Of a DNA stretch of 64,000 nucleotides, positions 1-8,703 are shown piece after piece (position 1 is the first letter of the stretch; the number at the start of each line of letters is the position of its first letter). The position numbers and the translations under genes are program-made. The notes beneath the pieces were generated by a model. The model was not told the origin of the DNA, searched no databases, and saw nothing but the letters and a program-made list of their open reading frames with translations. The stretch is from Candidatus Poribacteria bacterium (GTDB lineage Bacteria; Poribacteria; WGA-4E; WGA-3G). The DNA lies in NCBI GenBank assembly GCA_963666175.2, contig CAXXTN010000007.1, positions 15,041 through 79,040 of the forward strand, written 5' to 3'.

Positions 1-135
1 CGCTTGATTTCTCATCTCTCTGACCGGTTGATACGCGAGTATCTCTCGCTGTTCAAGGAATACCAACACACCGATCGCATGACCCAACTCCTTCACCCAG
101 AACCTGAGGACACAAAAAAGGGGGACCTCTCATGA
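1..135 (+). CDS. 3' end of an ORF truncated by the window edge (hypothetical)
   Basis: Frame 1 is open from nt 1 to TGA at 133-135 (...EYLSLFKEYQHTDRMTQLLHPEPEDTKKGDLS*). The stop overlaps the next ATG (ATGA at 132-135), which suggests translational coupling. Confidence 0.4.
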   Translation, partial: RLISHLSDRLIREYLSLFKEYQHTDRMTQLLHPEPEDTKKGDLS

Positions 136-1016
136 GCAAACCTCTAACCCGCACGCAAATCAACGAGAAAAAATTCAGACGCATCAACGATAAGTCCCTA
201 CGACAGTTGCTTATCCATCGCTTTCTCAATGACTACGGGTATGACAAAGGCGAAGTCACTGCCACCGCCATTGTTGATGATATTCTCAAGACTGTTGAGG
301 ACTATTTCGTCATTACCCTCCCCTTGGAGAAACTCGCCACCGGTGATCAACTCCCAGATGAGCGTTTCCTCAGTTATGGACAACTTGTTTGGATGGCCGT
401 CCCTATTGACGAACATCCAGAAAGAGGGAAGTCCATCGTCAAAACTCGGATGAAACCCATCATCCTAACCTACCTCGCAACTGAGGATATTGAATCTTTT
501 CGAAACGGATTTACCTCCCGACAACTGCGAATCAATCGCTTGGTCCGCTGGTGTTATCAAGCTTATGACCAAGGTGCCTTATTGACACAACTTGATTTAG
601 CCGTCTTGCTGAACGTCTGCGATGCTGTTGTCTGTGATTATGTCAATGAATGGCAAAAAACCACTGGCGACATCTTGCCCACTCGGGGCAACATCCATGA
701 TTTATCGGGTGCTATTACCCACAAGAAAGAGATCATCACGCTCTATCTTCAAGGACATCTCACTCCCAGAATTGCCGCAAAAACCAAACACTCTAAGGAG
801 GCAGTTGACCGATACATTCGCGACTATGAGAGCATCAAAGTCGTTCGCAACGCAACCGCAGATATTGATACAATCTCACAGATTACACGACTTTCTAAAC
901 GCGTTATCACTCAATATCTTGACCTTATTCCACAGCACCAACTTCAAGCGATGGATGCAAACCTTACCAATTCATCTTCAAACGATGAAACAGGACACCA
1001 AGGAGAAACACAATGA
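132..1016 (+). CDS. Hypothetical HTH-containing protein, DUF1670-like
   Basis: 294-aa ORF. The C-terminal half (GALLTQLDLAVLL...PTRGNIHDLSGAITHKKEIITLYLQGHLTPRIAAKTKHSKEAVDRYIRDYESIK) matches my memory of the DUF1670 pattern, which has two HTH-like segments. Family assignment is tentative. Confidence 0.55.
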   Translation: MSKPLTRTQINEKKFRRINDKSLRQLLIHRFLNDYGYDKGEVTATAIVDDILKTVEDYFVITLPLEKLATGDQLPDERFLSYGQLVWMAVPIDEHPERGKSIVKTRMKPIILTYLATEDIESFRNGFTSRQLRINRLVRWCYQAYDQGALLTQLDLAVLLNVCDAVVCDYVNEWQKTTGDILPTRGNIHDLSGAITHKKEIITLYLQGHLTPRIAAKTKHSKEAVDRYIRDYESIKVVRNATADIDTISQITRLSKRVITQYLDLIPQHQLQAMDANLTNSSSNDETGHQGETQ

Positions 1017-1242
1017 TATCCTAACTCCCTGTTCCAGACGAACTTTATTCAGCAAGACCGGGGTAGTTGCTTTGAAATAGGGTTGATAATCACTACCCGT
1101 TTTGTTATACTTTAGACACGTTTATCGCTAACCGCATCATTTCTTGAAGAAAATGCTAGCGATCCCAACTCAACCCACTCATTAACGATGGTTGCGAAGC
1201 TAATAAAAATCAGCATTCCAGCTATCCTATGGTCATTTGATA

Positions 1243-3825
1243 CTATTTCATTATTAACATCTTCCGCGTTGCAGAAAATTCAGCAGCGGTTAATGTGTAG
1301 AAATACACACCACTTGCAACAGATTCACCGAATTCATTTTTACCATCCCAATATGCTGCACGGTTTTGGTCTTGATAAGTGCCTGCGGACAGATTTCCTA
1401 AGTCAAACTTACGAACTAATGTTCCATCAGCAGCATGAATCGAGATAGTTACATCGGATGGAGTAGATAACTGAAACGGTATCCACGTTTCCGGATTAAA
1501 CGGATTTGGATAGTTGGCAAGAAGTGCTGTCTCTATTGGTGCAAATGACTGCAAGATTTGTTCAAGTACATGTATACCGCGTTGATATGTAGACAAATCC
1601 ACATCTGTATCTTGAATGAATTGGGACGGTTGTTGATTAGCCAGTCTCAACCATTCCTGAACTTCAGCCGCACTGAGATTACCATCTGTATGCAAAGAAA
1701 TAGATGGAGCAGATTCAACATTATTCAACACATTCCCCATTAGGTAAAGATCTAACAGATCAACAGTGCCATCATCGTTTATGTCTGCATCACTTTCACC
1801 TATTTGTCCGAAACTTGCAGCGACCAACACAAGGTCCAGTATATTCAAGACTCCATCTCTATTCACATCAGCGAATATTGTAAGTACTTGAGTTGTATTC
1901 ATCGGCAGCGGGTATGCCCAAAGCAGGACAGTTCCATCATAACTGCCGCTTGCGATCCTAGTACCATCTGGACTGACAGCAACACTTGTAATTGAATATG
2001 TATGTCCTTCAAGCGTATAAAGTTGTTCACCAGTCGCAACATCCCACAAGCGTATGGTTGCATCGTAACTACCACTAACAAGGACTTGTCCATCGGGACT
2101 AAAAACAATACTGGTTGCATTCGCTGGAAGATCTGTGGGGAGATCTCCTATCAATTCTTCAGGTACACCTACAGGTATTGGACGATCAATTGGCCTTCTA
2201 AATGTTTGGAGGAGTTCTGCTGTTACGACATCCCATAAGGACACTGTGTCACCTCCACCACTTGCAAGTTTAGTTCCATCTGGACTAAAAGCAACTGTCC
2301 AAACATCGTCTTCATGCTCACTGATAGTATGTATTTCATCACGCGTTTCAAGGTCCCATATAATGACTTTATCATCACGACTACCACTTGCAAGCATACT
2401 ACCGTCTGGACTGAAAGCAAGGGTTTCAACACCTGCTTCATGCTCAAAAAATCCGCCCATATACCTACCTGTGGCGACATCCCATAGCCGTATACTATCA
2501 TCTTCACTTCCGCTTGCGAGAATACTTCCGTCAGGACTGAATGTGAGACTTATCAAATAAGACCAATGCCCTCTTAGAGTCTTGATGTGTTCACCTGTAA
2601 TTGCGTTCCATAGACGGACGGTATTGTCTTGGCTGCCACTTGCAAGGGTTTTGCCGTCGGGACTAAACACCACTATGTCAACATCACCTTGGTGTCCGAT
2701 CAACGTATGCCGTAACTCTCCTGTATCAGCATCCCACAAACGGATGGTTTTATCCCAACTACGGGTTGCAAGAATGCTTCCATCTTCACTATAAGTAACA
2801 CTGAGAACCACATCAGTATGTCCAGTGATAGTTTCAAGATGTTCTCCTGTAACTGGATTCCATGAACGAATAGAGGCATCCCACGCACCACTTGTAAGGA
2901 CCGAACCATCAGGTGTAAAGTCAAGAAAAATGACATCTGCAGTATGTCCAGTTATGGAATGCAGAAATTCACCTGTTGTTGCATCCCATAGACGAATCGA
3001 ATCATCTTCACCTGTACTCGCAAGAAAACTTCCATCTGGACTAAATTTTATATCATAAATATGTGATGTGTGCCCATGGAGCGTTTTCTTAATTGTCCAT
3101 GTTGATGTATCCCATAGATGAATAATAGAATTCAGATCTCCACTTGCCATGGTTTTTCCATCGGGACTAACAACAACACATGCTACATTGTCACGATGTA
3201 CTTCAAGTGATTGAAGATGCATTCCTGTGTTCACATCCCAGATTCTAAGTGTATCGTCCCGACCCCCAGTAATAAGATTATTACCATCACCACTATAAGC
3301 AACACAATTGATACCATCTGTATGACCTCTCAGTATATGTAGAAGTTCCCCAGTAACAGGATCCCAAATACGAGCTGTTCTATCCCTACTTCCACTCGCA
3401 AATGTGCTTCCATCAGGACTGAATACGAGACTGCGAACACTCCTCCAATGTGTTTCAATCGTATGAAGGATTTCATGTGTCGCAGTATCATAAATTCGGA
3501 TTATCCCATTCGTACTTCCAACAACAAGTAAGCTGCCATCAGGGGAGTAAGTAAGTGCTGAAACACCCCATCCAAATCCATCAAGTAGTGTAATTTCTTC
3601 ATCAGTGGCTGTATCGTATATCCATACGCCAAGAGTACCTGCAACTGCAAGTTGTTTGTTATCAGGTGAATACTGGATTTCATAAAGCCAACCTTTTCCG
3701 AGGCGTGTTGTTGCCCCAACTGGTAAATGCCATTGGGGTGAATCTTGTGCATATAAATGTGGTTGATGTGTTATCGAAACGATCAATATCACCAACAAAA
3801 CAAGTAAATGTTTTCTATACATCAA
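1243..3825 (-). CDS. Secreted multi-WD40 protein with dockerin-type repeat pair and T9SS-type (FlgD-Ig-like) C-terminal sorting domain
   Basis: 860 aa with an N-terminal signal peptide (LLVLLVILIVSITHQPHLYA). It has more than 12 WD40 units (...GHT..V..V.FSPDG..LASGS.D.T+RLWD). The dockerin-like pair is DVNRDGVLNILDLVLV / DINDDGTVDLLDL. The C-terminus is NYPNPFNPETWIPFQL...GVYFYTLTA..FSATRKMLIMK. Confidence 0.9.
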   Translation of the reverse strand: MMYRKHLLVLLVILIVSITHQPHLYAQDSPQWHLPVGATTRLGKGWLYEIQYSPDNKQLAVAGTLGVWIYDTATDEEITLLDGFGWGVSALTYSPDGSLLVVGSTNGIIRIYDTATHEILHTIETHWRSVRSLVFSPDGSTFASGSRDRTARIWDPVTGELLHILRGHTDGINCVAYSGDGNNLITGGRDDTLRIWDVNTGMHLQSLEVHRDNVACVVVSPDGKTMASGDLNSIIHLWDTSTWTIKKTLHGHTSHIYDIKFSPDGSFLASTGEDDSIRLWDATTGEFLHSITGHTADVIFLDFTPDGSVLTSGAWDASIRSWNPVTGEHLETITGHTDVVLSVTYSEDGSILATRSWDKTIRLWDADTGELRHTLIGHQGDVDIVVFSPDGKTLASGSQDNTVRLWNAITGEHIKTLRGHWSYLISLTFSPDGSILASGSEDDSIRLWDVATGRYMGGFFEHEAGVETLAFSPDGSMLASGSRDDKVIIWDLETRDEIHTISEHEDDVWTVAFSPDGTKLASGGGDTVSLWDVVTAELLQTFRRPIDRPIPVGVPEELIGDLPTDLPANATSIVFSPDGQVLVSGSYDATIRLWDVATGEQLYTLEGHTYSITSVAVSPDGTRIASGSYDGTVLLWAYPLPMNTTQVLTIFADVNRDGVLNILDLVLVAASFGQIGESDADINDDGTVDLLDLYLMGNVLNNVESAPSISLHTDGNLSAAEVQEWLRLANQQPSQFIQDTDVDLSTYQRGIHVLEQILQSFAPIETALLANYPNPFNPETWIPFQLSTPSDVTISIHAADGTLVRKFDLGNLSAGTYQDQNRAAYWDGKNEFGESVASGVYFYTLTAAEFSATRKMLIMK

Positions 3826-3845
3826 TTATATTCCTTTCACTTCGC

Positions 3846-3926
3846 AAATTATTGAGTTAATTCTACACATTGCTAAGGCAAGGTTAGTAAACGTTGCCTA
3901 CCGCGGATATAAAGTGTAGATATAAT
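3846..3926 (-). repeat. ~85-bp palindromic intergenic element, copy 1 (REP-like core GGTAGGCAACGTTTACTAACCTTGCC on the minus strand)
   Basis: The reverse complement aligns by eye almost end to end with 10852-10935. Shared segments are attatatctacacttt...cggtaggc..gttt.ctaacc...agcaatgtgtagaatta..tcaataattt. Confidence 0.7.
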
Positions 3927-3979
3927 TTAATATTTCACCATTATATATGAAAAACATATAACAAATTAAACCAACTAAC

Positions 3980-5038
3980 CTAAAACTGTCCAGAAACAGA
4001 AATGCGTTGGGAACCGCCGAGTGAATGACTGTTGAATGCATAGTCAACAAAAAATGTCATATCACTCACCCGCAATTGGAGACCTGATCCTGCAGAAAAA
4101 CCGTGTCCGTTCCAACCACATCGTAATGCAAGGGTATTGAATAGTAGATATTCACCACCTGTACGAAAGACAATTCCACCACCTGAGTCTGTTCCTTCTT
4201 CATAATCGGCTTGATCGGTTTCAAAGTCAATACCAATACTACCATTGCCAAAACTTGGAAAGGTAAATTGATATGCGGCACCGAATCGTAGCCTTCGTCC
4301 CCGTGTGAAAACCGGTTTGTCAACCGTATCCCACCGAATCTGTGTACCTGTTGCATCAAGCAACATTGTACCGACTCTAACACCTGTAATAGGCATTAGT
4401 ATGAGTCCAAGATCAATTCCAAATCCTCTGCCACTGTTATTATATATAGATTGACTGAGCAATTTAACATTTCCACCCACAGCGATCATTGAATGTATTA
4501 GACGTGCATAAGAAATTAGCAGAGCATTATCCGTATTACTGAAATAATCAGCTACTGTAGGTCTATCAATATAAGGTTCACCTTCATCTTTAACACCGTT
4601 TCCATTTGTATCCTGAAAATCTCCGAGATTTCCATTATTATCAATGTCTATGAAGGTCGTTCTTGGAATGTCGTCAATACCAAGGCGAATCCAACTCAAA
4701 CCAATGCTACCAATATCTTCTATTTGATGTACATAGTTGACGAAATTGTAATTCACCAGACCTTTACTGAAGAAACTTCCATCACCAGAACGAAATGTAT
4801 CTGAATACATAGTCGAGAAACTGTTATTCTTCACATTCGTCAATCCCGCTGGATTCCAATAAGTAGCAGTCGAATCGTCAGCAATTGCAACAAATGCACT
4901 CCCCATACCAACTGCACGTGCACCAACACCATGGCTGAGAAATTCTGCTGCATGCGCTCCTTCATCAGCTGCAAAGGACTGAGATGTAACGATTAAATAT
5001 AATACTAACAAGAGACTTAATATGCTTGATATTCTCAT
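3980..5038 (-). CDS. Outer-membrane beta-barrel protein, PorV/PorQ-like
   Basis: 352 aa with a signal peptide ending SFAADEG. The N-terminal motif GVGARAVGMGSAFVAIADDSTATYWNPAGL is typical of PorV/PorQ and FadL-like barrels. The C-terminus ends in F with alternating hydrophobic strands. Confidence 0.55.
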   Translation of the reverse strand: MRISSILSLLLVLYLIVTSQSFAADEGAHAAEFLSHGVGARAVGMGSAFVAIADDSTATYWNPAGLTNVKNNSFSTMYSDTFRSGDGSFFSKGLVNYNFVNYVHQIEDIGSIGLSWIRLGIDDIPRTTFIDIDNNGNLGDFQDTNGNGVKDEGEPYIDRPTVADYFSNTDNALLISYARLIHSMIAVGGNVKLLSQSIYNNSGRGFGIDLGLILMPITGVRVGTMLLDATGTQIRWDTVDKPVFTRGRRLRFGAAYQFTFPSFGNGSIGIDFETDQADYEEGTDSGGGIVFRTGGEYLLFNTLALRCGWNGHGFSAGSGLQLRVSDMTFFVDYAFNSHSLGGSQRISVSGQF

Positions 5039-5046
5039 AATATATT

Positions 5047-7008
5047 TTAGCCAGGTGCAAAATCATAGATGGGTTCACGGATAATAACACTTAACACGCT
5101 CCAGAACGCACCTATGCAATATTCACCAAGGATTACTCCAAAGAAGAAGAAAATCATTTTATGGTAAGTGCTTGGACCTCCGAATCGGAGAGCCATCCAC
5201 TTCAAAAAGGTACTGATTACCAAACAACTCCAAAAATAGCCTACACCAAATGTCATGGATATTGGGTATCCAGCAGGATGTAGGGGCCACCATATAAAAC
5301 GCATCCGCAAAAACATCAAAAGGAATGTAACACCCATTCCACCTGCCATGAAACTCATTGCAGATACATTCGGATCGCGTGGGAATGCAAAAAGACCAGA
5401 TAGCCATCCAAATTGTCCAATATGTCCAACCGATGGACCAATTCCACCTCCCGCACCTGTGACTGCGCCTCCGAGACGATATAGTTCACTTAGTGTTGCC
5501 CAGAATGATGCAAGGGAACCGAGTACAACAGCGATTAGCATTGCCAAAACCAAACGTTTGGTATTCATATTTGCACGTTCAGCCATTTTGAATGCTTCAA
5601 GTTGATGTGGCATGATGTGTTCGCGATAACCGCGTCCACTGAAAAACCAAAAAAATGGAAACACCGTCAGGTTATTCGGTCCGATTCGTCTTGTGCCAAG
5701 AATATTGACTAAAAATTGTTGTGCATTACACATTCCAGCCATCTCATGCGCGGGAGGACCGATTTCTGCACGTACTCGTGTAATACCGATTGAAATCGCA
5801 TAAAAGAAACCGAAGAATGGCAAAATGATTGGAAGTGTCATCCCTGCCTTCAAACAGAACCAGATAATATACAAACTGGCAAGTGCAATTATGAGAAAAG
5901 CAGTTCGATAGCGAATCGGTTCAGTTGAATCATCAATACCATTTGACATACCTAAGATAGTCCTTCCAACCTTTGCTATGTGCCTGCGCGTAACAAGTAG
6001 GGCAATAACAAAAATTGCCATCCACCCACCGATAGATTGTTCACTGCCATAGGGAAATGGTGCTGGAATACCAACTGCACTACCGAAAATACGTTGTAAC
6101 TTCTCAAATAGATAGAAGAACCAAAGCGAGAATGATAGGTCAAGAGGCAATAAAAACCCTAATCCGATGACAAAAGGATACAAAGGAACAGGGATGTTAC
6201 CAACTGCGTTCCACGGTTTCTCAGTGAAGATTGTACCCCAGTTACGTGCATTATGTCGCACACTGAAATCGGGTAAGATTGGGAAAAAATGTGCTAAACC
6301 GTGCCATACATTCGCAGCTGCTGCGATGATGAACCCATACCATAGAATGCGGTTACGAAAGAGTTGTCCTCTACCTCCACCTTCTGTAATTGCCATCGGG
6401 AGTTGAATGATAGGATATGCAAGTTTTTCATGTTCTGTCCACTGTTTTCGGATGAGGACATTCAGACATATCATGATGGCACCAAGAGCCAAGATGAAAG
6501 ATGTCCACCACAATGTAGGCAATATCCATGCCCCACCAATTTTGGCGTTATAAAATGGTGTATCCCCTTCATAGAAACCACGTAGAACTTCTTTATCAGA
6601 CACGACAAGGTGTTGTGGAATATAACTATGGAAGGTATCTGCCCAATCATTTTCTAATGTAGCGAACCAAAATGCGTGTGGAAGCGCAGGAATAGTTAAT
6701 GCCAACGTGTCGTGTCCAGCAAGACCAGATGCAATAGAAAGCATTGCATAGATCGTTATCATCTCCCCTTGAGTTAGTGCGGCTTTCGGCGCTACTCGTT
6801 TTATGAATAGGTTAATCAGAATCAGAAAAAATATATTGAGAACGACATTCCAAAAGAGTGAGATGGTCGTTGGATGTCCAGAATGCCACACACACTCAAC
6901 TTCAATGACCCAGAACACATTGGGTGGTATTAAGAGAATACCAATGAGTATGGCACGCCAAGTGACACCAAAGTCACGTTTAGTATTGGGTTCACTAATA
7001 TTTTGCAC
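5047..7008 (-). CDS. Large polytopic inner-membrane protein of unknown function
   Basis: 653 aa with about 15-16 hydrophobic helices by eye and no catalytic motif that I recognise. Its stop lies 8 nt upstream of the PorV-like start, so the two genes are likely co-transcribed. Confidence 0.7.
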   Translation of the reverse strand: MQNISEPNTKRDFGVTWRAILIGILLIPPNVFWVIEVECVWHSGHPTTISLFWNVVLNIFFLILINLFIKRVAPKAALTQGEMITIYAMLSIASGLAGHDTLALTIPALPHAFWFATLENDWADTFHSYIPQHLVVSDKEVLRGFYEGDTPFYNAKIGGAWILPTLWWTSFILALGAIMICLNVLIRKQWTEHEKLAYPIIQLPMAITEGGGRGQLFRNRILWYGFIIAAAANVWHGLAHFFPILPDFSVRHNARNWGTIFTEKPWNAVGNIPVPLYPFVIGLGFLLPLDLSFSLWFFYLFEKLQRIFGSAVGIPAPFPYGSEQSIGGWMAIFVIALLVTRRHIAKVGRTILGMSNGIDDSTEPIRYRTAFLIIALASLYIIWFCLKAGMTLPIILPFFGFFYAISIGITRVRAEIGPPAHEMAGMCNAQQFLVNILGTRRIGPNNLTVFPFFWFFSGRGYREHIMPHQLEAFKMAERANMNTKRLVLAMLIAVVLGSLASFWATLSELYRLGGAVTGAGGGIGPSVGHIGQFGWLSGLFAFPRDPNVSAMSFMAGGMGVTFLLMFLRMRFIWWPLHPAGYPISMTFGVGYFWSCLVISTFLKWMALRFGGPSTYHKMIFFFFGVILGEYCIGAFWSVLSVIIREPIYDFAPG

Positions 7009-7120
7009 AGATGAAATCCAATCGCTATATCTTAGTCAGCATTCAATGTTCTCTAAAGCAATTACCTCACACATAGAAGGATCTACTTATATTGATGCTT
7101 AAGTTTTAGTATTTCTTCAA

Positions 7121-8599
7121 TTAAAAAATGGTTATAGGCTCGTTCTCTTTCAATTCCCAAACAATATGTCCAAATTTAGATGCACCATCTGAAGTGCCGG
7201 AAAAAGTCTCTGTTTCAATGCCCCAAGCTAATTTATATGCTGATAGGATTTGTGTTAAAGATGTAGATATATCACCATAACCGAGGATAACAACGGTACC
7301 ACCGCCGCCGCCACCTGTGATTTTCGCACCGTATATTCCACCTTGTTCACCTAATTTCTTTGCGATGTTCACAATACCGTCTATTTCAGGTGCGCCTAAA
7401 CCTGCCAAATCACGATAACTGTCATTTGATTCATACATCAAATGACCAGCCTCGGTGAGATAATCATGCACATTCTCAGGATCATCATTTACATTTTTCA
7501 GTGCAGAAATAAATTTTAACACCCGTTCGTTTTCAAAAATGGGATGTTTTGCACAATCTCTGACGGCATAATCCTTATCAGGTTCAACAGTTGTAACAGT
7601 ATCAACTGTTTCTCCGTACTGATCTTGGAAATCACTGCCTCGAATCAGTTGGGGTAATAGATGTTCACAGTGTTCTTGAAATTCTTGCACAGATATTTCG
7701 CAAAGATAGTTTCTATCAAGTTTTTTCCACCCCAGTTCCTTTTTCAATATAGACAAACCCATAAACGCAGCTGTACGGGTGTCAATATAGGCACTACTTT
7801 TCGTGCTTCGAGGCACTTTCGTGTGGATTCCAACAAAACTTACATTCTTAGGGTATTTGACGTTTTCAAGTATATGATCAGGTTGACATAGGATTGATAA
7901 AATCTTGTCCTTTATACCTGAAGTAGAAGTTATCTGATCCATTATGCCACATGGAGCACCGACTACTCTATTTTCAGTAATTTGGGCAAGATGCGCGATT
8001 TCATTTTCCTCTAATTGCAAATCATATAACTGATTAATCCCTGTTAAAGTTGCTACCTCAACTGCTGCGGATGATGCAATACCTGCACCCATTGGGATAT
8101 CGCTTTTGATGATGACCACAGCACCGTGCGGAAACTTATCTACCTTATTTTCTTTTATCAGTGTAAAGAAACAACCGAGTACATATCCTGTCCATGATGA
8201 AAGTGAATCCGTATTGAAGAGTTCTTTGATTTTTGAATAAGATTTTAGGTTACCCTCATCATAGAAATCATCAATAGAAATTCTAACATGTTGCTTAATC
8301 TGACTATTGATTTGAAGTGTAATAGCAGAAAGGGTATTATCTTCTCGCGCTTGACATGCAGCGACGACCGCACGGTTTAATGGCATTTCAAATGTGTGTG
8401 ATCCACAATAATCAGCGATACCACCCATTATATCAAGTCTGGCAGGGGCACGCGTAACTACGATCCTACCATCTTTCTGTAAACCGAAGGAAGAAAAAAT
8501 AGCAGGCGAGTCAGTCTGTAAAAAGTATTCAAGTTCAACAATCTGAAAGGGTTTTACTTTGGGGCCGTGTATCTGCTCAACTTTCATTTGATATATCAA
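7121..8599 (-). CDS. GHMP-family sugar kinase (galactokinase / L-arabinokinase-like)
   Basis: RAPARLDIMGGIADYCGS matches the arabinokinase/galactokinase signature. The GHMP motif PMGAGIASSAAVEVA and a C-terminal KITGGGGGGTVV are also present. Confidence 0.8.
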   Translation of the reverse strand: MIYQMKVEQIHGPKVKPFQIVELEYFLQTDSPAIFSSFGLQKDGRIVVTRAPARLDIMGGIADYCGSHTFEMPLNRAVVAACQAREDNTLSAITLQINSQIKQHVRISIDDFYDEGNLKSYSKIKELFNTDSLSSWTGYVLGCFFTLIKENKVDKFPHGAVVIIKSDIPMGAGIASSAAVEVATLTGINQLYDLQLEENEIAHLAQITENRVVGAPCGIMDQITSTSGIKDKILSILCQPDHILENVKYPKNVSFVGIHTKVPRSTKSSAYIDTRTAAFMGLSILKKELGWKKLDRNYLCEISVQEFQEHCEHLLPQLIRGSDFQDQYGETVDTVTTVEPDKDYAVRDCAKHPIFENERVLKFISALKNVNDDPENVHDYLTEAGHLMYESNDSYRDLAGLGAPEIDGIVNIAKKLGEQGGIYGAKITGGGGGGTVVILGYGDISTSLTQILSAYKLAWGIETETFSGTSDGASKFGHIVWELKENEPITIF

Positions 8600-8703
8600 T
8601 CTGCTGGACAGAGTTCTACTGTATGTTTTTTACAATGTGACTACATATCTCAAAGTCCATTGACTCTTGCTATTTTATACTGAAATGGGTGTATAATATG
8701 AAA

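Noticed and set aside
1804-3058. Long antisense or alternate-frame ORFs inside the WD40 genes, many with reiterated 'LPSGLNA/LASILPSGL' peptides. Examples are 2135..2560, 2582..2794 and 2825..3058, with similar ones at 30896..31465, 44277..45467 and 51861..53486.
   Set aside because: They are reverse-complement or off-frame shadows of the repetitive SPDG..LASGS codons. Each is fully contained in a much longer, motif-rich WD40 ORF. There is no independent coding evidence.
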